64,000 bases of DNA. Origin: Azolla caroliniana (lineage: Eukaryota; Plantae; Polypodiophyta). Every line of letters starts with the position of its first letter. Positions within the stretch are counted from its first letter, which is position 1. The DNA is taken from assembly GCA_043228905.1 (NCBI GenBank), contig JBHGNT010000009.1, forward strand, positions 13,082,001 to 13,146,000, read 5' to 3'. Below the pieces are notes generated by a model. It was given only the letters and a program-made list of their open reading frames with translations. It was not told the DNA's origin and made no database searches. This document shows positions 11,475 to 23,900 of this stretch, one piece after another. The position numbers were made by a program, and so were the translations under genes.

Positions 11475-14400
11475 GTGCTAAAATAAAAAGAAATTAGTTG
11501 TTGGAATATATGAGAGTGACAATGGTCGTCGATGAGGAGAGTGAGGTGTCCCTTAGCAAATCTAAGTCTGAGAGGAGCAAGAGACGAGTGGTTCTTCACA
11601 TAGTAATTGAGAGATTTAGCTTGGAGAATCGTAGGGATATTATCTCTAGAGTGTTGCACCATCAACTTTTGAATGAAGACATGGAGAATATTAAGTTTAA
11701 GGACCAATGTGTTTCAGAGGAAATTGTAGAGTGTATGAAGTCATCCCTACACATAATGAAAGGGGTAGAGAGCATAGATAAGCTTGGTGCAATGGGAGCA
11801 GCCCTTCACATGGTTGTAAATGGTACAACGGAAAAAAAAAATAGTGATACTAAAGTTGCCTTAACACTTGGTATCCAAGGATTTGGAGGAAGCATCAGAC
11901 AAATATACAATCAAATCAATTTAAGTGGTTGGGGTTAGGCCGTAAACGACGATGTGATGCATTGTCTCATGAGATTATTGAGGAAGTGGGTTCCTTTTGG
12001 GTAAAAAACACACGTGTCTCCCCGAATAAAAAAGATGTATTTAGACAACGTATAAGTCGGGGTAGGTACCAGATTCACCCAAGACACTTCTTGGAGATGA
12101 CTGAGGCAATTCAATTTTTTATCTATTTGGTTTTAAATATTTTGTTGTTTACTAAATGCTTCTATTAATGTTACCTATTTATTGAGTGATGGAGGCTGAA
12201 TTACTCATGAACTTCAAAGAACAACATCCTAACATCAATCTTGGATTTCGCAAGTTCCAAGGTTTGAAACCATGTTTTGTCAGAAAGTTAAAGGAGAGGA
12301 ACACATATTGTTGTGTGTACCACATTAAAATGGACATGTTAAGGCTTGGCGTGAACAGTATGCATACTGATTGTAAGGGTATACACTGGGATGGGTGTGT
12401 TTGCACTTGTGAGGTATGTAGACCAAATGGGAGTGGTAATAGATGTAATGCGCAAAACATGAATTATGCAACAGTTTCTGAGTTATGGAGGTCTTTTGTT
12501 TGTGAAAAACAACCATCATCTGAGTGGCATAATCGTACATGTCTTGTCAGAACATGTAAGGTTTGCCCACAACCATTATTTTGTAGACAAGAGGTTGACG
12601 TGGATAACTGTCATATTGTGAAATGGAAATATTTAGAGTATGTGACAGAAAATATAGGTAAGGGTCTCGTTAGTAAGCGTATGAAGGAAGTATATAAGGA
12701 GACATGTGTTGCTACCCTTGTCTCAGAGTTTAAGAAACAACTCGGGGATTTCATTCCACATAACTTTAGGAGTTATTGGCAAAATTCATAGTTCAAGGAA
12801 TGTACAAATAACTTACCACTGGATGTTATGGTATCTGTTATTGACTTTGCAGAGAACTATACCTTTAAAGTTCAAAATGAGGTTCAGTCAATGCATTGGT
12901 ACAATGACCAATGTACAATACTTGTACATATTTGCTACTGGAGAAAAGACGGTGAGTTACATAAGAAATCAATATTCTATATTTCAGATGACAAAAAGCA
13001 TGATACACTATTTGTTCAACATTGTTTTAAGCTTCACCACGCAGATTTATTGTCCTTGGGTGTTAACTGTTATTACCATTGGGTCTGGTTTGATGGTGAT
13101 GCCTCACAATTTAAGGCAGCTCGGTCCTTCTACTTCATTGTAAAGTAAGGAAATAATCCATATGATTGGTACTTATAACTGGAAGTCTATTTTGGTAATA
13201 CTTCATAGTACTTCATCTATTGCTTAAGTTTCCTACCAGTACGAATATTATATGAACAATCATAAGAAATGTTTGTATAAAATACAATTAGTAATTCTCC
13301 TACTACATGCACCAATATTGTCTTGAAATGTTTGTACTAATTGTGGTGTAAGTCTTGTATGTATGGTTCAAAGCCTTGAAAAGTATCCTTATTTTACAAC
13401 TTAGTAGTATCATCCCACATGCAAAAGTACTAACTACAGTTCAACGCCTTGTAAAGTACCCTTATTTTACAACTTAGTACTATCATCCCACATGCACAAG
13501 TACTGACTATGTTTTACAACTTAGTACTCAGATCCTGCATGCACAAGTACTATTTGATAACTTTGTGGTGTCATCCCGCAGGTAGGAGTACTAATTTGTA
13601 ACTTAGCATTGTCCTCTGTTGTGCATTAGTACTAATGAATAACTTAGTACTATCTTCTTTCGGTCATTACTACTAATTTATAACTTTGTTCATTAGTACT
13701 AATTAGGATGGGTCTCTCTAGTGCATTAGTACTAAACAATAACTTAGTGTTGTCCAACTTTGTTCATTAACACAAGTTTATAACTTAGTACAAACATTAG
13801 TATTAATTATTAGCATGAGAACTATCCAACTATGTTCATTACTACTAATTATTAACTTAGTACTGTCTAACATTGTTCATTAAGACCAAGTTATAACTTA
13901 GAACTGTCCTCTCTCATGCATTAGTACTAATCAATAGCTTAGTACTGTCCTCTCTCGTTCATTTCTTTTAATTTATAACTTAGTATTGTCCTCTCTCGTT
14001 CATTTCTTTTAATTTATAACTTAGTATTGTCCTCTCGTGTGCATTAGTGGAAATTTTGGTTTAAGTCATGTAAAGAGATGTAAGCTCCAGTAATGCACTA
14101 ACTCTGTTTGTTGGCTAACTGTCATGCAAAACACCCAGATACTTCTCATTGACAAACATTAGGATGCAATGGAACTACTTCGGGTTTGGACATGGAAAGG
14201 GAGAACACGATGGCACGAGGTCTGTGATCAAGCATGCTCTTACAAGTGAACAGTTGGATAATAAATGTGCGAAGTTACAAAATGCACATGATGTTATGGA
14301 GTGGCTGACATGGAAGATGTTAGATGATGGTAAGAATAGATTGTTTATTGAGGTTGGTGCTAATGAGGTGGATAGGAGTAAATCGTACAGTTGTAAAACC

Positions 14401-15024
14401 ATGAAAGGGACACGCAAGACCCATTTTGTTTTAGGGTTTGGTCGCAAGGACACAACACAATTGTTATTCCACAATTTATCGTGCTTTTGTTCCATGTGTT
14501 TAGATGAAGCTTGGGATGAATGCACCAATCTATCAATTGTGGAGCTATGGAATCTAAAAAAGCTTGAGATTGAACAATGTGTGGATATCCCGGAAGTCGA
14601 ACATGCAGACAATATTGTATACTACAACCAATGTGAGGACTTGGCAGTATTATTGGAAGTTGGAGATCATTTTGCAGTGCTCAAATCTCCTCAAAATGAA
14701 GATTTTGAAGACTACTACATTGTGGTGTGCAAGCAAGGAAATACAATATTCGAAGAAGTTGTGAGGGACGGTTGGGGCAACATGTTCAACGATGGTGAGT
14801 GTGTCGTGTATGGCAACTACTATGCAAAGTTACCACAATGCAAGAACACGTATGCATTATTAAAAGATGCACCCACTGCAATAATCTATGTTGACGTTGT
14901 TATCGCAATCAAGTTCACTATGAGTCAAGCAAAGCACAAGGTTAAGGGATACAACACTTTCTAAAAAGTCCCCAAAGAGGTTGACGAACACATATTGGGG
15001 GAGGTCTCCCTCTTTAATGCTTAG
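11475..15024 (+). pseudogene. DDD transposase, Sola2-like, intron-containing, with premature stops; 5' exons lie beyond the nested insertions
   Basis: Motifs DFAENY, WFDGDASQFK, GHGKGEHDG, SCFCSMC and an upstream Cys-rich region; GT-AG intron 13145-14138 joins IVK to YFSLTNIRMQW in frame. Confidence 0.7.
13370..14050. repeat. Degenerate tandem repeats rich in the palindrome TAGTACTA/AGTACT, within the transposase intron
   Basis: Recurrent acttagtact / cattagtactaa units; near-exact duplication around 13945-14035. Confidence 0.8.
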
Positions 15025-16059
15025 AATGGCAAGCACTGTTTATATGTAACATTCGCATGTCTTGTAAACTCTGGCCTACAAATGAATGGAAATATATCAT
15101 CTTTGCTTTTCTTATGAGTTTGCAATGACAAAGCTCTTAATCTTGGTGTTTTGTTTAGATATGTATGTATCTTTTACATAAAGTATATGGTGAAAAATAT
15201 CTTTGGTTAGTACTAAAACTGTGTTAAGTGTTTCCTAACCTAGAGATATCAAAGATAGGATTGTTCATTCCACACATGTTTCTAGTGTGTGGTACACTCA
15301 TGAAGGTGTGGTACACTAGATGAGGGAACATATTGAACATGCTAATTGCTAGTACTAATACAATGGTTCGTTCAAGTATACATACCATGTTATGCCTATA
15401 ACTCTTTTAGAGTTCATATGTATCAAAGTCAGTACAATGCATTAAAATATAGTACTAATATTGTGCTAAGTGTTTACTAACCTAGACATATCCGAGACAA
15501 GAGTGTCATATGTGTCCATAACAAGTGTCAATGTCATATGTGTGCATATAAAGTGTCATTCTTACTAAGATGAGACCTCAAATAGTATCAAATTCACATT
15601 CTTACAAATATATGTATCAAAGTTAGTACATTGCATATCAAGTTGGTACTAAATTAGTCACTAAGATGAGTACTCAAATAGTATCAACTTAGAATTCAGA
15701 ATAAGTAAACCAAAACAATGTCAAGAAGCAGTTAATCAAAAACTTGCTCATATGGTATTCAATTACAAACAATGATCTAAATACAAAAAACTTTGTTTTT
15801 AGTTTTTTCTAGATCTTGTAATGTGCCTATTTTTTGTTACATTTTTCTCAGATTTCACACCCTTCTTCTTCATCATCTTAAAGCCACAAGGTAATATAGA
15901 CTACTGAGTGATAGTTCATCATCGGAGGGGGGGGCCAAGCTTAAGGGAACCTTGTGCTCTACTGCAACTGCCTGAGACGCACACACTTCCAAGAAGATCT
16001 TGTCGATAGTATTAGCATTAATTTGCTCTTCATGGGTAGAACCGGTGTTCTGCAGTAAC

Positions 16060-16480
16060 ACGATATTCGTAGTACAAACATGTTCCTCTTCTTGGGTGGT
16101 TGCCATCTTCATTGCAAACTCCTCGTTGATGAAGCTAGACACCTGGTTCTTTGTACAATCTTGTTCCAAGTGCAGGCTACTTGTGGTGTTTTGGTAAGAC
16201 ATGTGATTCGTAGTACCACCTTGTTCCTCTTCTTGGGTGGTAGCTACAATCTCCTTAATGATACAGTCTTGCCCCATGTTTATGGTATTGTCAGTGTTCT
16301 GGACACACACCTCATTCGTAGCACCACCTTGTTCCTCTTCTTGGATGGTAGCTACACTCTCTTTAATGTTACAATCATGCTCCTCATGTTTGGTGAAATT
16401 CACATTCCGTGCTGACTCCTCGTAAAACTCGTTTGTCACCTCGTTCTTTGTCCACTCCAGCTCCTCTTCTTGGGTGATTT
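16060..16480 (-). repeat. About 117-bp coding tandem repeat (ATxQEEEQGGxTN) x 3-4
   Basis: Repeated ttgttcctcttcttgg(g/a)tggt near 16080, 16220 and 16330, with a weaker copy near 16460. Confidence 0.8.
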
Positions 16481-17721
16481 CACATTCCTAATGTGTGGTG
16501 CTATCTGAGTTTGAACAATCATGATTGCTCCATTGACTGCCTGAATCATCTGATGCTATTTGGGAATCTCCATGTTCTTCTATTCCTAAATAACAAGAAC
16601 AATACCAATCACATTCTTACAAAGTGAAGGAACCTAGCCATATCAATTAACATACTAGATTAAGGGCCAATCGTTTACCTACTGTTACATCTCCATCCTG
16701 GACTTTTGAAGATGAGTCTTTGCAAATGATTGTGTTTGTCATGTGTTGCAAGACCTGGTTTGCATTGGTATCACACTCATCATTATTGCTTGGGACGATA
16801 AATTCTTCTTCATGTTGTGGCTTTGAATCTGTATCTCCATTTTCATTAATCGTTTCTTCCTTGTCTAACAACAAAAGCACGTGATCTTAGTCTAACTCAT
16901 TAACTTTACAGCTCTCAAAGTTTGTGAGAATTTGTATGACCCACCACTGTAATAATGAACTTTGCATTTCTTCCCCTTTCCATACAATTTCCTTGCAGCA
17001 TTTGCTTCTTCGTAGGCTCTTTGATAGAAACATAAGAAATTAGAAGTATAGCAACGATGCATGATTAAAAGTTCACACACAATTAGCATTACCGTTCACA
17101 CAATCAAGGGGAGCCAAGCTAGGAGAATTTGTTTGAAGGAACACGTCTTCAACTATTCCAATGGCCTTTCTCATACATTCATCTTCATCATAAATTTCCT
17201 CAGTTACCACTAAGGAATGACCATGGACTTTGGAATTTGCAATAGACTATGTACGTGGTAGCACGGGGGTTGGTTGGTTAGTTACCTTCCCTGGTCTGGT
17301 GTTGCTTGATACAACAACATTCATATTATAATCGTACATTAGTTCTAACATGACTACAATGTTACAAATATTATCAGTACTGAATCAAGTGGACATTTAA
17401 GACCTTCAGTACTAGAAAATCAATCTTGTTCCAATTGATCACCAAGGAATATGCATGTAACCGTAATATTAGTACTAAAACAACAAAGAGGAACTTGAGG
17501 ATACAATACAGAACCATCTAGACATGTTGTTGATATTTGTTCGGTACTAAACAAAAGACATGCATGCCTATTTGTTCGGTCATCCAGAGCCGATTTGTTC
17601 GGTTCTCCTATTTGTTAGTACACATACAAGTGATACAACTAAACATTTAAGACGTTCAGTACTAAATAATCAGTATTGAATCAACTCAGCACCAAGGGAT
17701 ACAATGTAATCAGTAATGTTA

Positions 17722-17816
17722 TGTAAAAAGTAACGTGCGGAAGCAAGTGTGAAGACCGAACAGGAGGAAGAAAACTCAGGTTCAATGGAGAGCTTGAGCT
17801 TACGCAGTATACGCGG

Positions 17817-17861
<45 letters not shown>

Positions 17862-20800
17862 CACACGAACTATATTCAACAACAACAACAACCCAATCTC
17901 TATTCACCACACTCTATACATATGTGTGTTCAATGAACACTTTTATACAAGTCCTAGAAGGATTGACCGAAGTACTGACAATACTTCAATACTCATTAAG
18001 AGCTCCTACACTAACTCCCAAATATATTCCTCACGGAATATCTTTCCTAACGGCCTCCCGGTTTACGCACTCGGCCTAACCGATCGGTCCCAACCGATCC
18101 GGTCCTCGGCTTCTTCAACCGATCCGGCCGATGTTGAGCTTGTCTCTCAACACTCCCCCTCAAGCTCAACTTGAGGCTCTTCGGGATCTTCGGGCTCACA
18201 ACTCCGGTTCTTCCTGGCTTCACGCCTCGCTTGCGCTCCACGGCCTGTTTGACTCCGCGTGCTTCGACCCTTCCGGTCGGCTTGTCTGCTCATGTGGCCC
18301 TTATCAGCTCTTCTGTTGTTGCGGTGTTGACGCTTCTCTTGCTGCCTTTTCTTCCACTTGGGCCTCGGTTGATTCAGCGTATCTGAATCAACCATCCGAA
18401 CCGACTTGGCTACCTCCGATCGGTTTTCGCTCTCGTCCGAGATGGCTATCTCTAACTCGTCTTCGGTCTTCTCGCCCTCGGTGGCGTCATCTTCCCCATG
18501 CGTGGTTGGCTTCGGCTCTCTCCTTCGGTTGCTCCCCTTCTGTCCGCTTTCGGACTTTTCTGCGGGTCCGCCCTCGGCTTCTTCAGCCGATCCGAAGTCG
18601 AACTCGACAACCGAGTCAACCGACTTGGTGTCTCGGTCTCCGCTCCTTTCCTGCTGCCTTGCTTGGTCGTTCGGGACTGTTCTCCGCCTCAAGTTCGGCA
18701 CGTCGAGGTGACGCAATCCGAGCACACCTGAGAATTGCCGCAACTTGTCCAGACCAAGAGGCTTGGTGAAGATGTCGGCAGTCTGCCGATCCGTCGGAAC
18801 GTACTGAAGTTCGACTTCACCGGAAAGGACACGCTCACGGACGAAATGGTAGTGCACCTCAATGTGCTTGGTCCGTGTGTGGAAAACGGGGTTTTTCGTG
18901 AGCTGGATGCTACTGAAGTTGTCACAGTAGATCGTCGTTGGATCGGACACCTCCACCTGTAGATCCTTAAGTAGCCGCTTCAACCATATGGCTTCGCATG
19001 TCGCGACATCCGCTCCTCGGTACTCAGCTTCGGTGCTCGACAGTGCAACTGTCGGCTGCTTCTTACTGCTCCACGCGATCACGGCACTCCCGAGGGAGAA
19101 AGCGTATCCTGACGTGGATCGGCGATCGGCGGCATTGCCAGCCCAATCAGCATCGGTGTAGCCGACTAACTACGCGACTGCACCGGTCCGATATAGCAGT
19201 CCCCGGTCCTTAGTGCCATTGACATACCGAAGTATGCGTTGCACACACTGGCGGTGCTCCTCGGTAGGTCGCGCCATGAATTGACTGATCACTCCGACCG
19301 GATAACTGAGGTCGGGTCGAGTGATGGTCAAGTATATGAGGCTTCCGACAATTTTTCGGAACCTCGTCAGATCGCATACCTTTCCCGTATCGGGACGAAG
19401 CTTGACGGTTCTGTCCAGAGGAGTCGAGACGGACTTACAGTTGGCCATCCCGAATTTGAAGAGCATACTCAACACGTAATGACGTTGGCTGATCAATATG
19501 CCTTTGGGGGTACGGATCACTTCGATCCCGAGGAAGTAATGAAGGTCCCCCAGATCCTTCATGTCGAACGATGCCGCAAGCTGGAGCTTCACACGGTCGA
19601 TTTCACGTAGGTCGGCGCCGGTGATGACCAAGTCATCAACATATAGTAAAATACTAACCGGTCCGAGTCGACCTTTCCAAATGAACATGGAAGAGTCCGA
19701 TTTTGACGTGACGAAGCCCATCCGACGCAGTTGTTGCGTGATCTTTGCGTTCCATGCACGCGGGGCTTCCTTCAGTCCGTAAAGGGACTTCTTCAGTCGG
19801 CATACTACCGAGGAGTTCGTTCCAGAGTGAAATCTGGGGGGCTATACCATGTACACCTGTTCCTCAAGGTCACCTTGCAGGAACGCATTCTTTACATCCA
19901 TCTGATGTAAGTGCCACCCCTTCACCGCAGCTACTGCAAGCAAAACACGGACGGTCGTCATTTTCGTGACTGGCGCAAATGTCTCATCGTAGTCGATGCC
20001 GTGTTTCTGCGCGTAGCCCTTTGCCACTAGCCGAGCCTTGTACCGGTTGACCAAGCCATCGGTGTTGTACTTGACCTTGTACACCCACCTACACCCGATC
20101 GGTTTTACCCCTGTTGGTGCGTCAACCAGGTCCCAGGTCTCGTTCTCCGCCAATGCGTGCATCTCTTCCTCCATCGTGGCACGCCAATTCGCGTCTTTAG
20201 CCGCTTCTGCGTAGCTCTCCGGCTCATGCACTTCCGCTACACGGGTCATGTACGCATAATGATGCGCCATGTACTCGTTGTATCCAAACCGCAAAATAGG
20301 ATTCTTCTAGCGGGTAGATCGGCGTAATCTCACATTAGCCGATGTCGAGGCCTTCTCGGTCGACGCGATCTTCACCTTTAAAGACCCGTCGCCGGTTCCC
20401 TCGGAGTCGGACTCGCGTCGGTCTGACTCGTTCTTATCCGTGCCGGAATCCGACACCTTCTTCTTCCCTTTCTCTTTGCGCGTAAGCCGTCTCCTCGGCT
20501 TCCTGCGCGGGGAATGCACGGCCGAGTCTCCACTACTCGCCGGCTCTTCATCGAACTGATCGTACCGACTCAATTGTCCAATCGGTCCACTTAAGCGGAG
20601 TGAAATCGGACTCTCTTCGCGAGTCTCGATTTCGGGCTCATCCAGAGGCATCTCGGCCTCACTGACCTCATCGTCAGAACACGGATTGGAGTCGGGGTTC
20701 GGAGTCCAGGGCTGGTACCAGGACGCGGATGCGGGCTTGTTTGGTGTGAGGGTTATAGCACTTATAACCCTTATGCTCGTCCGAGTAACCGGCCAAGATG

Positions 20801-23402
20801 CATTTCTCGGCTTTTGCGTCCAGCTTCCTCCTTTTCTCCTTCGGTACATGCACATACGCAATGCTACCGAACACCCTCAAGTGTCGCAAGTTCGGCTTCG
20901 TTCCGAAATATAGCTCGTGCGCCGACACTTTGTCTCCAATCCGGTTCTAGATGTATACCGCGGTCCTTATCGCCTCGGTCCAGTAGAACTTGGGCAAGCT
21001 CTTCTCCTCCAGCATTGCCTGTGCCGCTTCCACAACTGACCGATTCTTCCTCTCGGCCACGCCGTTCTGCTCCGGCGTGTATCTACAACTGAATTCGCGG
21101 CGAATTCCCATTTGTTGTAGGTAACCGTTGAATTGACCGGAAAAATACTCTTTTCCGCCATCCGACCACAGGCTCTTGATCTTTCGTCCCGTTTCCATTT
21201 CCACGAACCCTTTGAGGTCCCAGAAACATTCGAAGACTTCGCTCTTCCTCTCAATGAGGTAGATCCACGTGTGCCGCGTGTGGTCGTCGATGAAGGAGAC
21301 GAAATATCGGCTCCCGCCATGACTAACATTTTGTGCCGGCCCCCATACATCGGAGTGTATAAGGTCGAGCTTGTTCCGGCTCCGGTTTCGCTTGTTTGGG
21401 AAAAGAATTCGGTGTTGCTTCCCGAGCTGGTAGGCTTCACAAATTTGTGCCTTTCGGCCACTAAATTTGGGCAATCCGAACACTACCTGTTTCGATTGCA
21501 GATCTTGAAGCCGCTGGTAGTTGACGTGGCCTATCCGCTTGTGCCCTTCGCGAACATTGCGGTGCCGCCGTCAGTGGAGTTGAGGATGAACATCCTCCCG
21601 TCTCTGCGCCCTTGCGCAATCACATGGCCTTCTTCCTCAATGAAGCACCCGAGGTGTGTAAACCGAACCTCCATCCCTTGGTCGACGATCTGTCCGACCG
21701 AGACCAAGTTCTTCGTGATTGTCGGAACGTGCAGCACGTTCATGAGTTTCCCTTTCTGCCCAACATGGCTAAGGGGAACTTCTCCGACATTCGCGATCGG
21801 ATGCGGAGTGTCGTCTCCAGTTGCGACTACTCCAGGTTGTATTGGTTTTTCAAGGTACGAGAACCACTCCTTATGGCTCGTCATGTGGTTTGACGCTCCA
21901 GAGTCTACGTACCACACCTTGTCCGATGTCGGGGTGGTCTGTTTCATTGAGTTTGCTTCGTGTCTCGTCACGAAGGCAGACCCTTCTCCGGCCATCCCGG
22001 AGTCTTCGGCGTAGTGCGATCGTTGCCGATATCCCTTGTCGGTATGTCCGGAGCCGTTTCCGAAACCGGTTCTCTCCGAATCGGTGCGCTTCTTCCAGCA
22101 CTCACTTTCCCTATGGCCTTTCTTGCCATAGTACCAGCACTCCGCGATGGCCTTCCCTTGGCGGTTCTCATCACTTCGACTCCCCCTGTTTCCAGAGGGT
22201 CTGGAGTTGCTGTCGGCATCACTTCGGTGCCTTCTTCTTTGATCTCGTCGGCCACCTCCATTGTGCGCCGACTCGCCTCGTCCTCCACGTCCACGAGGCC
22301 TATCTCCCTCCATGTACAGCATTCTGTTGTCGGTGTGCGTGCTTGTAGACGCACCCGCGTGGTTCTCCTCTACCAGGAGCATTGACTGTAAGTCGAAAAA
22401 GGACGGCGTATTCTCCCGGGTACACACAGCCGTTCGGAACGCTCCGAACTTCGACGCCAACCTCCGAGACGGATGTGGACCATCTCGCTCTCCTCGATGT
22501 TCACCTCTATGGAGGCGAGGGAGTCGCAGATATCCTTGATCTTCGAGGTATAGTCCGCCACCGAAAAGTCGCGTTGTCATAGGTTGCTCAACTCCTGTCG
22601 GAGCTGAAGCTTCCTTGTTGTGGTGCTCGCGGCGAAAATCTTCTTCAGATTCTCCCACGCACCCTTCGGCGTCTTTGCATCCCGAACATAGCTCAATAGT
22701 TGTTCGCCCACACACGACGCGAAGCAGTATAATACCCTGCTCGCCGATTGCTCCCACGACGGGAAGTCTCTGTGTGTCGATTCGGGTGCCGCGTCATTAG
22801 CTCCTTCGACATAACTCCAGTAGCCGTGCCCGAGCAGGTACTGGTGCATCTTGTAGGACCAAGACACGTAGTTGGTTCTGTTGAGCTTCTCTGTTGGAAG
22901 CGAGCTCGCTATGCCTCTATCCATCGTTCTTCTTGTTCTTCTTCGTCAAGTTGTGTCGGCTGCAGAGAGGTTCTCAACCCTGGCACTCTGATACCATGTA
23001 AAAAGTAACGTGCGGAAGCAAGTGTGAAGACCGAACAGGAGGAAGAAAACTCAGGTTCAATGGAGAGCTTGAGCTTACGCAGTATACGCGGGAGAGAGAG
23101 AGAGAGAGAGAAAACACACGAACTATATTCAACAACAACAACCCAATCTCTATTCACCACACTCTATACATATGTGTGTTCAATGAACACTTTTATACAA
23201 GTCCTAGAAGGATTGACCGAAGTACTGACAATACTTCAATACTCATTAAGAGCTCCTACACTAACTCCCAAATATATTCCTCACAGAATATCTTTCCTAA
23301 TTGCCTCCCGGTTTACGCACTCGGCCTAACCGATCGGTCCCAACCGATCCGGTCCTCGGCTTCTTCAGCCGATCCGGCCGATGTTGAGCTTGTCTCTCAA
23401 CA
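17722..23402 (-). mobile_element. Full-length Ty1/copia element family C (defective)
   Basis: LTRs 17722-18152 and 22997-23402; TSD TGTTA (17717-17721 / 23403-23407); iMet PBS 22986-22996; PPT 18153-18160; gag, WYVDSGAS, INT, LLYVDD and RH fragments. Confidence 0.95.
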
Positions 23403-23900
23403 TGTTAGTACTAAAACATCAATCAAGGAACTTGAGCGAACAGTACTGAACCACCTGGACATGCATATTAAAGTGGGATATTGACCAATGTTAGTACTAA
23501 ACAACAAGACCTTCATGCGTATTTGTTTGGTCATCCTGAGCCTAACTTGAGTGGACACAAAACGTACAATGTAATGGACAATATTAGTACTTATACAAGT
23601 TATACAACGAATCAATTAAGACATTCAGTACTAAATAATTAGTACTGAATCAATTGATCACCGAGGAATACAATGTAATCAGTAATGTTAGTACTAAAAA
23701 ACCTAGACCTTCATGACTATTTGTTCTCTCATCCAGAACCTAAGCCAAGTGGACACAGAAAGTACAATGTAATGAAAAATTTTAGTGCACATACAAGTTA
23801 TACAACTAAAAATTTAAGATCCTCAGTTCTAAATAAGATTCACATTGTCAACTAATCACCAAGGAATACAATGTAATCAGTAATGTTAGTACTGAATCAT
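23403..23900. repeat. About 200-240 bp AT-rich AGTACT-containing tandem units continuing those at 17340-17721
   Basis: The motif atacaatgtaatcagtaatgtta recurs near 17700, 23670 and 23870. Confidence 0.75.

Noticed and set aside
17815-17860. (GA)n microsatellite, and the (TAT/AAT)n tract near 11095-11130
   Set aside because: Ordinary slippage tracts inside LTRs.
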